Below are positions 52,233 through 61,133 of a stretch of 64,000 bases of DNA, one piece after another. This stretch comes from an uncultured delta proteobacterium (GTDB lineage Bacteria; Bdellovibrionota; FAC87; UBA2466). The stretch covers positions 65,011 to 129,010 of the forward strand of contig CAVZSV010000001.1 of assembly GCA_963778115.1 (NCBI GenBank), written 5' to 3'. Within the stretch, counting starts at the first letter, position 1. Every line of letters starts with the position of its first letter. The translations under genes and the position numbers were made by a program. The notes below the pieces were generated by a model, which saw only the letters and a program-made list of their open reading frames with translations, ran no database searches and had not been told where the DNA came from.

Positions 52233-52982
52233 TCAAGACCCTTTCGGTGAGTCTAGATGCCGCAATAATTCAATTGCGGCCTTAAGCGGATCTTTGGGCA
52301 GCTTAGGAAATAATCTACTTGCTTCTCCTCCGAAGTCATTCGGAATAGGCGAATCATGTCGATGAGCTTCACTAATCGCAATAGCATGATTCATCTCTAG
52401 CGGTATAAACACTACCTTCTTATTCGCATCTATCGCGCCTTTAATTTCATCGGCAGCCACGCGTCCACCTCCGATTCCAATAAACACGTCACCGGTCTCA
52501 ATAATCACACCAGATGTAGGAGATAATCGCTGTTTTTGAGGATCGATCCCCCCCCAGAGACTATCTTCGATAATGAAAACTTTGTCGACTGACCTACAGG
52601 ATTGTATTCCCTTCTCCTTGGCTATCGAGGAGATAATTCCGACTGTTGTAAAACCTAATTCTTTCGCGATCGGGTATATCTCTCCAATACCGTCGCAGCT
52701 GGCCCCAATTGTGATAACCACTTTCCGTGGATTCAACTCCTTTAGAATCGTTCTTGCGTACCGTTTCATGGTCATTGGATTCTCGTAACCGAGGGAAGAG
52801 AACCCTAAGAAGGTCACACTTTTTTTACCGGCTGATTGGTAGTATTTTTTGATCGGCTCGCTGGGATTTGATCCTTCCAGTTCGCTCATGACGGTGACCG
52901 TATATATCGAACAGCTAAGTATTACTAGCAGGGTTAAGCGGTCTGGAAGCGAACGCCAAGACTTCCATTTCTCCATCGACAT
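52233..52982 (-). CDS. Membrane-anchored SLOG/LOG-family Rossmann-fold protein (TM-SLOG)
   Basis: N-terminal TM helix (LTLLVILSCSIYTVTVM). The Rossmann core with G-rich loops (VVITIGASCDGIGE...VFIGIGGGRVAADEIKGA) is reminiscent of the LOG/SLOG PGGxGTxxE motif. It is the last gene of the TIR operon. Confidence 0.5.
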   Translation of the reverse strand: MSMEKWKSWRSLPDRLTLLVILSCSIYTVTVMSELEGSNPSEPIKKYYQSAGKKSVTFLGFSSLGYENPMTMKRYARTILKELNPRKVVITIGASCDGIGEIYPIAKELGFTTVGIISSIAKEKGIQSCRSVDKVFIIEDSLWGGIDPQKQRLSPTSGVIIETGDVFIGIGGGRVAADEIKGAIDANKKVVFIPLEMNHAIAISEAHRHDSPIPNDFGGEASRLFPKLPKDPLKAAIELLRHLDSPKGS

Positions 52983-53009
52983 AATCCTTTTTGCTCTATG
53001 CTCTACCGC

Positions 53010-53567
53010 CTAAGAAACGTTTCTACTCATTTTCTCTCGACTGTTTATTATTTTGCTTTTGTCGGAACTCTTACGAATCGCTTCTTCGATCGCCGTTTTG
53101 ATGACAGCGGGATCGGAAGTCCAATCAATATGGTGAATGTATCCCGATACAATGTTCTCGTGCAAGCGATCGGCTACAATTGCAGAATTGTTCTCACCTC
53201 TCGTAACCGAGGGTAAAATAATGCCGAGTACTGCGTGTTCAAGGTGGAGCGTTGAGTAAATTTCCCAGTCCACATACTTTCTCTTCCAGGTTTCTGCCCC
53301 GCACAAAACTACGGTAACAGATGAGCCTTTAATGAACTCTTCGCGTATTCGACGATTAACGTATTCCGTATCGTTACTACGAATACTGCCATCGACAGAC
53401 TGGTCATAGAACACCTCATAGTTGGACGAAAAAAGTTTCTTGAATTGTTCAAACCAGGTCCAGTCGTTTGCGTGGTGGAAGCTAATAAATACCTTGCGTT
53501 TGGTCTGTTGGTTCAATATCCCGGAAAGACCTGCGAACCTGGTCGCAAAGCGATTGTCAGAACTCAT
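53010..53567 (-). CDS. TIR-like protein of the ThsB/DUF1863 type
   Basis: KVFISFHHANDWTWF...TVVLCGAETWKRKYVDWEI is the same signature as ThsB. Confidence 0.7.
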   Translation of the reverse strand: MSSDNRFATRFAGLSGILNQQTKRKVFISFHHANDWTWFEQFKKLFSSNYEVFYDQSVDGSIRSNDTEYVNRRIREEFIKGSSVTVVLCGAETWKRKYVDWEIYSTLHLEHAVLGIILPSVTRGENNSAIVADRLHENIVSGYIHHIDWTSDPAVIKTAIEEAIRKSSDKSKIINSREKMSRNVS

Positions 53568-53576
53568 ATTAGTCCC

Positions 53577-54116
53577 TTACAGCTTTAACCAATTCTTCAA
53601 TAGCGTCACGCTCCTCGTTCCGCTGGGTTCCGGATCTACTACCCACTGCTTCCCCGAATATCCAGTTACCCTAATAAATCGAATTACCGGGTACAGCCCT
53701 AGATACTCTCTTCTCGCCCACGCCTCTTCAGTAGAAGAGCGCCCCATGGGAAGCAACGCCACATTCCCAACTCCTTTGTGCCCATCACCCATTCCCAGCT
53801 CCCACGGGATCCACCCCGACCTGGAGCTATTCTCAGACATCATTATAACGAGACGGCCAGAACGACGTAACTCGCTACGAAGGATTTCCGCTGTCTCGGC
53901 GGACGGGTTCTCTGGCAGGCGCTTATCGCCGTTATCGGCATAAACAACGCCTCCGTGCTCTCGAAGAAAATCGCTTACGCCCCTTACATATAAGTCATCT
54001 TTGGATGAATGGGAGAGGAAAATTTTTTGCCCTCTTCCTTCCGCGAGCCTTTGATCGTTGGTGAGTGCCTCAGACTTACGAATCTTGTTAATGTCGTCGA
54101 AGGTAATATAAGCCAT
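53577..54116 (-). CDS. TIR domain protein (TIR_2 type)
   Basis: KIFLSHSSKD (box 1), ...LVIMMSENSSRSGWIPWELG (the SxWC/EL box), and a conserved Glu. Confidence 0.75.
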   Translation of the reverse strand: MAYITFDDINKIRKSEALTNDQRLAEGRGQKIFLSHSSKDDLYVRGVSDFLREHGGVVYADNGDKRLPENPSAETAEILRSELRRSGRLVIMMSENSSRSGWIPWELGMGDGHKGVGNVALLPMGRSSTEEAWARREYLGLYPVIRFIRVTGYSGKQWVVDPEPSGTRSVTLLKNWLKL

Positions 54117-54124
54117 AGTAATTT

Positions 54125-55024
54125 TTACTCACCCCTACGGGCCATCCACATAGTGTGTTCTCTGGAAATCGCGTTTTCTGTATTCTTCACAAAGACCCCC
54201 AAATCATTGTCGCTATTCACAGAGTTTGAATCAACCTCAACCAAGCTTAGTTCCTGAGCCGTCAGCGCGTAGACTTGAGCGAGCTCCTGAAATTTGCGTA
54301 TTTGCATCCAAGAAAATAGTGCTATGGCTAACGCCGAAAAGAAACCAGTCATATTGCGGCTTTCCGGTTCCTTAATTAAATAGAGAGCCCATAAAAATCC
54401 AATTAGCTGGGTTGCAATAGCACAACGAAAAAATGTCGTTTCCTTTGACCTATTGAACTCCGCCTTGCCTGCATACCAGTTTTTTTGGTCCATCAAACGA
54501 AATTTCAAGTATATTGTTTTCCGCTCATTCGTGGTGGAAGCCCTTATCTTTCGCATTAGGTCGGTGATTTGTGGACCTTGATTCGTTGATGTTTGAAAAT
54601 CGAACGCAAGATATTGCCTTTCGGTGAGAAATTCCGAAAGAGCGCTGGCAAACTTCCGATCAGCATCGCCAGATGCGAGTTGAGTCGGATAAGGATCAGC
54701 GCCCATCATATATTTCCAGGAAAGGCTTTTCACCGATTCTGCGACTGCACGCGCACCGTACCAAGTTTTCTCATAGCGAGTAAATTTGAGCGCTAGAGAA
54801 ACAAGGAAGGCCAAGAGAAATAGGAAGGCACCCGCAATCGCAAACCAAGACTTACCCTCATGCTGAAGGGAGCTAAAGGAAGATAGCAAGACTCCTAATA
54901 GAACCAGGATAAGATCTGCTTTCACCAAACGAGCATACATTCCCTGCGCCTTGAGTGAGGCATTGTTTGCAATATGCCAGAGGACCGGCAGGTCCCTATC
55001 CTGCAGACTAGTTGTCATGAGCAT
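54125..55024 (-). CDS. 4-TM membrane protein, a candidate SLATT-like pore/effector domain protein
   Basis: Two TM hairpins (LILVLLGVLLSSF/WFAIAGAFLFLLAFLVSLAL and FFRCAIATQLIGFLWALYLI/FFSALAIALFSWMQI) are separated by soluble helical segments. It is tightly linked (8-9 nt spacers) upstream of the TIR genes. Confidence 0.4.
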   Translation of the reverse strand: MLMTTSLQDRDLPVLWHIANNASLKAQGMYARLVKADLILVLLGVLLSSFSSLQHEGKSWFAIAGAFLFLLAFLVSLALKFTRYEKTWYGARAVAESVKSLSWKYMMGADPYPTQLASGDADRKFASALSEFLTERQYLAFDFQTSTNQGPQITDLMRKIRASTTNERKTIYLKFRLMDQKNWYAGKAEFNRSKETTFFRCAIATQLIGFLWALYLIKEPESRNMTGFFSALAIALFSWMQIRKFQELAQVYALTAQELSLVEVDSNSVNSDNDLGVFVKNTENAISREHTMWMARRGE

Positions 55025-55046
55025 CCTACTCCTCGTTGAATCGCGA

Positions 55047-55328
55047 TTAAGCTACCTTTCGAGGTACGAGTCTGATCTCATAGCCAAGAACGCGCAGTAC
55101 GTTTAGTAATATATCAAACGTGATCTTGGCAGTACCAATGCCCGATTCGATCTGGGCTATCCTTCCTTGGCTGACTCCAAGCTTTTTGGCTAATGCGGCC
55201 TGAGATAATTTTCGTTCCTGGCGCGCCTCAGAAATTAGCTCGATCAACTTCTGCTTCTCTCGCACTTCCGCTGGGTTTACTCCGAGCGATTTCGCCAATT
55301 TCTCAAAATTTGTTTCTTTCCAAGCCAT
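55047..55328 (-). CDS. higA: XRE-family HTH antitoxin (HigA-like)
   Basis: LSQAALAKKLGVSQGRIAQIESG is an XRE HTH. It lies 2 nt downstream of the toxin gene. Confidence 0.8.
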   Translation of the reverse strand: MAWKETNFEKLAKSLGVNPAEVREKQKLIELISEARQERKLSQAALAKKLGVSQGRIAQIESGIGTAKITFDILLNVLRVLGYEIRLVPRKVA

Positions 55329-55329
55329 C

Positions 55330-55662
55330 TCAAATCTCCTTAAGTCTTCTCAGAATCAATTCTACGTCTTCCTTGGGAATCGCTTGGGTCTTCTTCTTCA
55401 TCGCATGAACCATGTAGATCGCGTCACTCTTCTTGATGAAGTAGAAAAACCTCACTTGCCCACCTCGATCCTTGAATCTCAATTCATGGAGACCGTGATG
55501 GATGCCCGATAAATTCCGACTGACGGGCATTGAGAGCACTTTGCCCTGTTCCAGGAGCGAGATCGCATCCAAGAACTCACCTTGGACCTCTTCCGAGCAC
55601 TCGTGAAGAAACGTTTCCACCGGGCTACGACCTGATGATGTTTCATAGAAGCGTATCTTCAC
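55330..55662 (-). CDS. higB: RelE/ParE-superfamily toxin of the HigB type
   Basis: 110 aa with toxin upstream of antitoxin, which is the HigBA gene order. ...LHELRFKDRGGQVRFFYFI...IYMVHAMKKK matches the HigB/gp49-like pattern. Confidence 0.7.
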   Translation of the reverse strand: MKIRFYETSSGRSPVETFLHECSEEVQGEFLDAISLLEQGKVLSMPVSRNLSGIHHGLHELRFKDRGGQVRFFYFIKKSDAIYMVHAMKKKTQAIPKEDVELILRRLKEI

Positions 55663-55782
55663 TTTTCCTATTATAAGCTATAACTAATAATTAGTTCAAG
55701 CTAATACTCAAAACAACGACAACGGGTACGAGTCGAGGACTCGTCCGTTTCTGATTTAACTTATTGATATCATTGAGAAAAA

Positions 55783-55799
55783 ATGGCGGGGCGGACGGG
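55783..55799. repeat. Third copy of the 17-bp core ATGGCGGGGCGGACGGG
   Basis: Exact match to the terminal 17 bp of repeats A and B. It is followed by ~200 bp homologous to the post-core segments of A and B. Confidence 0.8.
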
Positions 55800-55872
55800 A
55801 CTCGGACGGCGGAGATTTTTAACGCATTGAGTTAATTCAAATAACAAAAACTAACAACGAGTTACTTGTTAG

Positions 55873-55996
55873 TGTGTCCCGCACAGAAACGCACCAATTA
55901 GCCCCTTTTACCCCTATCCTGTCCCACAAACGTCCCACAAAAAAGCGAGTGGGACGGGTACGAGCGTAGGCGGAGTTTGGCGTGGGACGGTTTCGT
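55873..55996. repeat. ~125-bp repeat, copy C, containing GTCCCACAAACGTCCCACAAAAAAGCGAGTGGGAC (55921-55955)
   Basis: About 90% identical to 63474-63598. Homologous to the motif regions of A and B. Confidence 0.8.
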
Positions 55997-56022
55997 CCCC
56001 TGATGGGGGCAATCTCCCGTGA

Positions 56023-56466
56023 TCAAAGGGGGCAATGGGAGGCGAAATCAAACCACAGGCCTTTGAATTGTTCGATAAACTTCTTCAGGTTGTCGATTCC
56101 GTCCGGTTTTTTGAAATAGAAGCTGGCGCCGTTGGCGTAAAACTCACAAACGTCTTTTTCTAACTCTCCGCTCGAAAACGCACAGACGGGAATTCTCTTG
56201 AAAGCGGGATCAGCTTTTAATTCCCTAAGCACCTCTTGCCCGGATTTTCCGGGCATCCGAACGTCGAGCAGAATGACTTGAGGTTTGGCTTCGGGGGAAG
56301 ACCTGAGTAGCTTGAGGGCTTCGTCTCCACTTTTGGCCGTGGTAACCCGCAGGCCTGAATCCACCATTTTGATGACGGATTTCATTAGCTGAAGTTGATC
56401 CAATGCATCGTCCACGATCATCACGTGCGGTCTCATGCTGCTTTTCCTCCAATACTTTTGGGACAT
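56023..56466 (-). CDS. Single-domain response regulator (receiver)
   Basis: HVMIVDD, then VILLDVRMP (Asp), then a K at KKPDGIDNL. It overlaps the histidine kinase gene end. Confidence 0.85.
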   Translation of the reverse strand: MSQKYWRKSSMRPHVMIVDDALDQLQLMKSVIKMVDSGLRVTTAKSGDEALKLLRSSPEAKPQVILLDVRMPGKSGQEVLRELKADPAFKRIPVCAFSSGELEKDVCEFYANGASFYFKKPDGIDNLKKFIEQFKGLWFDFASHCPL

Positions 56467-57959
56467 CTAAAATAGAATGTGCTACCTGTTCCCGGTACTG
56501 AATCCACCCAAATACGGCCGCCGAAGAGCTCAACGATCTTCTTGCAAAGGGCTAAGCCGATTCCAGTACCCGGATACTCTTCGTTACTATGCAGTCTGTT
56601 GAACATCTCGAAAATTCTATCGGTGTGCTGCGGTTCGATCCCGATACCATTGTCTTTTACAGAAAACTCATAGCAGTCGGCCTGTTCGTTGAAACCGATA
56701 TCTATCTCGGGCTCGCGAGATTTGTCCCGATAGGTCAAAGCATTGCGAATCAGGTTAGTAAATAAAGACTCCCAAAGACTGGATACCCCTTGTACCGCTG
56801 GAAGCTTCCCACAATGGATATGAGCGTGGGCGATCTCTACGTCCTGTTTCAGGTTGGACAATATGCCCTGGACCACCTGGTCTAACTCGATATGCCTGAC
56901 GTGAGTCGCTGAAACATTCACTTTGGCAAGTTCGAGAATATCATTAACAAGAGCGTTTGCCTTCTTGCCGTTCTCCTCGATGAACCCGATCGCCTGGTCT
57001 ATCTCCTCATTTCGGGGTTTGGGGACTAACCGGTCCAACATCTGCGCCCATGAAACGATGGATCGCAGTGGAGAGCGCAGGTCATGAGCCGCAACGCCAG
57101 CAAACTGCTCCAGTTCCTTATTGGAGCGGCTCAATTGCTGGGCGTTCATTTCGAGCTGCTTTTGAGTTTCTGAAAGACTTCCGACCATATGATTGATAGC
57201 GATCGTAAGCTTCTCAATTTCGTCGGTCCCCTTTAGACTGGCCACTCGCGCATCGAGATTCCCCCCTGCAATAGCATCAGCCACCCGTCTCATCTCCCAG
57301 AGCGGCAGAATGAGCGTTCTGTACGTACTAACCCCCGATACGATGGCCAGAAGTAAAAGTGCTAGGGTAAGTCCAGTCATTACCCTGCGAAATCGCTGGT
57401 CAGCCGCCTCCAGATCGACTCCTGCCCTGTGCAGCTTCTTCACATTGAAAATATTTAAATCAGCAATCGCGGCTTCGTTAATCTGTTTCTTGTTGATCCA
57501 AACGTTGAAGACCCTTGCGATCCGTTTCTCCGAACCTTCATCGATGGCATTTACCAGCGCCTCCTGAAGATCCACAATGCCTTTTCTACTTTCAAGGTAA
57601 GCCTCAAATACTCGCTGTCCCCTTCTTGAAGGATTCAAGATTTTCATCTGCTCAATGCATGAGAGAATCTCCTTGTCCGCGTTGCGAAGCAGTCGAAGAT
57701 AAATCGGTTTAGGATCAAATCGATACGAAAGAAGGTATTTTTTCTTGTCGCTTACGAATTTTCTAATCTGGCTGGTTAATAAGCTCGCTTTCTGGACCTT
57801 ATCGAAGACAAGGGTTGCCGCCTCCTTCCTCTGTTGAATGGAGACTGCGAGGTAAATGAAGGAGCCTAGGACCAAACAGAAAATCAAGAACTGGGGAAGA
57901 ATTACCTTGAAGAGCAGGCTCCGCATCTGAAAATGCGTTTGTCGAGTCTGACCGTTCAT
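56433..57959 (-). CDS. Sensor histidine kinase (TM-periplasmic-TM-HAMP-HisKA-HATPase)
   Basis: HAMP (ILPLWEMRRVADAIAGG). H-box FAGVAAHDLRSPLRSI. HATPase_c motifs DNGIGIE and GTGIGLALCKKIVELFGGRIWVDSVPGTGSTFYF. Confidence 0.85.
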   Translation of the reverse strand: MNGQTRQTHFQMRSLLFKVILPQFLIFCLVLGSFIYLAVSIQQRKEAATLVFDKVQKASLLTSQIRKFVSDKKKYLLSYRFDPKPIYLRLLRNADKEILSCIEQMKILNPSRRGQRVFEAYLESRKGIVDLQEALVNAIDEGSEKRIARVFNVWINKKQINEAAIADLNIFNVKKLHRAGVDLEAADQRFRRVMTGLTLALLLLAIVSGVSTYRTLILPLWEMRRVADAIAGGNLDARVASLKGTDEIEKLTIAINHMVGSLSETQKQLEMNAQQLSRSNKELEQFAGVAAHDLRSPLRSIVSWAQMLDRLVPKPRNEEIDQAIGFIEENGKKANALVNDILELAKVNVSATHVRHIELDQVVQGILSNLKQDVEIAHAHIHCGKLPAVQGVSSLWESLFTNLIRNALTYRDKSREPEIDIGFNEQADCYEFSVKDNGIGIEPQHTDRIFEMFNRLHSNEEYPGTGIGLALCKKIVELFGGRIWVDSVPGTGSTFYFRCPKSIGGKAA

Positions 57960-58990
57960 GGGCGACTCCAGGCGGGTTTTTCACTTAGCGTCACCGCTTC
58001 ATAGCTCACCTTTTCCAAAAGGCTCGGGTACAGTACGTGCGAGATATCGACAAGAGGGGGATGACTGGATTCCAGAGCTTCATACCACTCAGCCTCCTGT
58101 TGCATGATGGCCAGAAGGACGTTGTTCAGTTTGAGCCCTCGTCGAAGGGACTTCGAAACCACCGAAATCTCTTTTGCGGTTCCGAACTGGTTACCAAGTT
58201 CTCGGGTGATTATGCTCACCACTTCCTCTGGATTGTCATACTCAAGTTGTTCCGCGCGAAACAACGCCCGAAGGAGTTTAGTAAACGGCGCGCCCTTGGC
58301 AACGACTCGGCTTCGCAGGCCCACAAGCATAGACATCTCAACATAGTCATCTGAGTAGAAGACTTTTATTTGACTAGGAGGAAGAGTATTTTGAATCCTA
58401 ATTAAATGTGGATTCCAAGTGACGACTGCGTCCACCGTCTCACTTTTTAGCGCCCTTAGCATGTCGCCAGGCTCTAAACTTACAAACTTAACCTTTCTAA
58501 GACCAAGGCCGGCCGAGCGGATCATAGACGTCGCAAGAAAATGGCTCGTCGATTTCGGGGTGACACCGACACGTTTTCCACGAAGATCCTCAATTGATTC
58601 AATGCCACTGTTTTTTCTCGCGACCAGAGCGGTATTGTGGGTAGCCTCATGTAAAGAAGTGAGGACTGCGAGATCTTGACCGTCAATCGCTTGCAGTACG
58701 ATCGGTGTCTCGTATGAGGTAGCAAGGTCCACCTTACCGGCAATGGCAGCCTTGAGGGCGTCTCTTCCCGAAGGATAGGGAGCGAGCACGACGTCCAGTC
58801 CCTCATCCCGAAAGTAGCCCTTCGCTAGAGCTACATAGAGAAGGCCAAAGCTCACTTGCTGAGCATCACCGATAACAATCCTCTCAAGCTTAGGACGCTT
58901 CCAGTTTTCAAAGAAGGCTATAGTGAGCAGAGCGGTCAGGAAGAATCCGACGAGGATGAAAAGGGGAATCTTTTTCACCGTGGCAGGCAT
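57956..58990 (-). CDS. Periplasmic substrate-binding protein (NMT1/THI5-like, nitrate/sulfonate/bicarbonate SBP family), co-transcribed with the kinase
   Basis: N-terminal anchor. ...VIGDAQQVSFGLLYVALAKGYFRDEGLDVVL..GRDALKAAIAGKVDLA is the NMT1 pattern. There is a 4-nt overlap with the kinase gene start. Confidence 0.65.
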   Translation of the reverse strand: MPATVKKIPLFILVGFFLTALLTIAFFENWKRPKLERIVIGDAQQVSFGLLYVALAKGYFRDEGLDVVLAPYPSGRDALKAAIAGKVDLATSYETPIVLQAIDGQDLAVLTSLHEATHNTALVARKNSGIESIEDLRGKRVGVTPKSTSHFLATSMIRSAGLGLRKVKFVSLEPGDMLRALKSETVDAVVTWNPHLIRIQNTLPPSQIKVFYSDDYVEMSMLVGLRSRVVAKGAPFTKLLRALFRAEQLEYDNPEEVVSIITRELGNQFGTAKEISVVSKSLRRGLKLNNVLLAIMQQEAEWYEALESSHPPLVDISHVLYPSLLEKVSYEAVTLSEKPAWSRP

Positions 58991-59083
58991 GTCTGGCTAT
59001 CCCCTCAGTTGCCCTTGTGGGACGCTGTTATAGGACTTTAACTATGATGGCCTCATAGCAGATGTGCCGCAAGGTGTCAAAAC

Positions 59084-59094
59084 CGGGGGGGGGG
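59084..59094. repeat. G11 homopolymeric tract (candidate slipped-strand phase-variation site)
   Basis: CCGGGGGGGGGGGTTCCCC read directly from the sequence. It lies ~230 bp upstream of the lipoprotein ORF. Confidence 0.9.
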
Positions 59095-59326
59095 GTTCCC
59101 CTTACCGTGAGCCTCAGAAATTGGCTAGAAAGCATTCCACTCCTGAAGTTTCGACTCGAAACAGAAACGCTCGCAGCGTTGTATTCTCACGGTCTTCGCG
59201 CCCCACCGTTAGTATGCGCATCGCATGTAATCTTCAGTTCATCCTCCTGTTATGTTCGGTGCGTTAAAATTAAGTAAAGACAAGCCCTCGCTGTGTGGGG
59301 TTGCGAAACAAAGAAAGGAAGCCAAT

Positions 59327-59548
59327 ATGAAAAGCATCTATCGATTGTTATTCGTCGCGGGAGTTTTCCTATTGGCGTCCTGTGGAAATCAGTGTGGCCC
59401 GGGAACTTACGATAACGGGAATGGTTGTGTGTACTCTGCTAACAATTACAATTATCCCTATAACGGAGGATATGGGAATTCTTCCTACCCAGGTAGCTAT
59501 CAACCCGGTTATCCAAACTACAACTATCCCGGGTATTATCCTCATTAG
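59327..59548 (+). CDS. Small lipoprotein with a Tyr/Asn/Gly/Pro-rich low-complexity tail. The ORF opens at 59252
   Basis: Lipobox FLLASC followed by NYNYPYNGGYGNSSYPGSYQPGYPNYNYPGYYPH. Confidence 0.4.
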   Translation: MKSIYRLLFVAGVFLLASCGNQCGPGTYDNGNGCVYSANNYNYPYNGGYGNSSYPGSYQPGYPNYNYPGYYPH

Positions 59549-59725
59549 GCGCGCTAGCAATCGTAGCGAGGTTTCTACCGATGGTCCGGTTCAGGGCGGC
59601 CATCACGATTAACTTGCCGATCCTGATCGGGATTAATTCGCAAACCACCGCAGCCCACGATGCCAAAAAGAAAACAGAACAAGACGATCCATTTCATAAT
59701 GGTTAACCTCGTTTTCTGTCCCTGG

Positions 59726-60694
59726 TCATGAATGAATCACCCAGACCGGCAGGTTTGCGTTTCGCAGCACGGCTCGTGTTACACTCCCTAGAAAATTGAT
59801 ATCGAAACCTTCTTTGCGGGAAACCATGGCGATAATCCCCGAACTCAGATCTCGGGCGGTCTTCACAATGTCACCGGCCGGATCAGTACCTTCCTCAATC
59901 AGAATCAGTTTTGCTCTAACGCCGTTCTTTTTTGCCACTTTTTGAAACCGACAAAGAGTAGCGTATTTCTTCGAGGCCACCTCTTTAACAGTTCGCCGAT
60001 AGGATTCCGGAGGGCCAAATGTCGACTCCCCATGCTCTCGAAGAAATTCCGATTCATGAAATAGCGTAATTTTGGCGCCGTGCTGTTGGGCCATGGCAAC
60101 TACTCTTCTGAAGCCCACCAAGGAAGCCTTACTGAGATCGGTGGGAAACAATATATTCTGGATCTTTTCAACGACTCGGGCCTTAGGCGTAACGATGAGA
60201 AGGGGCACATCCGATTGTGCCACCAACGTCTCCGCGAAGCTTCCCAGAATCAAACGATTGAGTCCTTTTCGTGAACGACTCGTGATTGCGAGAAGAGACA
60301 CGTTCGATGCCCTTGCATAAATGAGAAGGTCACGTGCGACTCGTCTCAGGGAAGAGTTACGTGACGTCAGAAGAAGGGGATCTGACATTTCGGGGATATC
60401 GAACCTCTCCAGCTGCCGTTTTATTTTCTTACTAAGCGAAAGGCGCATTTCCGAGGAGTGAGGGCTGAAGTAATCAGGTGGCACTCTGAGCTGCGTTGGA
60501 TTCATCAGATAGACGGGTTCGATGGTCTCGTGGTTTAACTTGCTCCAAGCCCGTAGAAGCTTTGCCATCTTTGCCTGTATGGCGAAGTCATTGGCAAAAG
60601 TATCAAAGGCCCAGAGTACCCGTTTGGTTCTATTGGTTTCCTGCATAAGCTCCTTACCGATTGAAAAGCCGTCTAGCCGTTTCTCAGGGGTCAA
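59726..60694 (-). CDS. Tandem universal stress protein (UspA) domain protein
   Basis: Two Usp domains. The C-terminal ATP-binding pattern is ...IIAMVSRKEGF....GSVTRAVLRNANLPVWVI. Confidence 0.8.
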   Translation of the reverse strand: MTPEKRLDGFSIGKELMQETNRTKRVLWAFDTFANDFAIQAKMAKLLRAWSKLNHETIEPVYLMNPTQLRVPPDYFSPHSSEMRLSLSKKIKRQLERFDIPEMSDPLLLTSRNSSLRRVARDLLIYARASNVSLLAITSRSRKGLNRLILGSFAETLVAQSDVPLLIVTPKARVVEKIQNILFPTDLSKASLVGFRRVVAMAQQHGAKITLFHESEFLREHGESTFGPPESYRRTVKEVASKKYATLCRFQKVAKKNGVRAKLILIEEGTDPAGDIVKTARDLSSGIIAMVSRKEGFDINFLGSVTRAVLRNANLPVWVIHS

Positions 60695-61133
60695 GAGGAA
60701 ATCGAAATGAAAAGTGATTCACCTTTCCTTTCCTTTTTGCCTTTATAATAATTTCATCTCCCGCCTCTCGACGTTCTGGGTGGGATATCCGGCACTCAAA
60801 ATAATCTTTCTCAAGCCCGCAGTAGAAATTTGTCTCGAGCCCTTTGCTTTTGAGGAGAAGGTAGATTGAGGCGTCTCCAACGATGGGATTCGCATTTTCA
60901 GCGTTGAGCAAATAAACTTTGACCCCCTTTTGGCCATCCATCAGAAGCTCTGCGTGAAACGCGTCTCCCTTTCTTACAATCCCACCGTGCGGGCCTGTCT
61001 TCGGAGAGGTATCACCCAAGGAGACGGTGGGAGCTAGAGAAGATAGAAGGAGAAGGAGAAAAGAGATCCATGCGGGACAAGACGCTAATTCAATTCGATG
61101 CTCTTTCTGCTGTAGAAAGACATTCAACGGCAC
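60684..61133 (-). CDS. Hypothetical exported protein
   Basis: 149-aa ORF with a hydrophobic N-terminal segment. Confidence 0.3.
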   Translation of the reverse strand: MPLNVFLQQKEHRIELASCPAWISFLLLLLSSLAPTVSLGDTSPKTGPHGGIVRKGDAFHAELLMDGQKGVKVYLLNAENANPIVGDASIYLLLKSKGLETNFYCGLEKDYFECRISHPERREAGDEIIIKAKRKGKVNHFSFRFPLDP

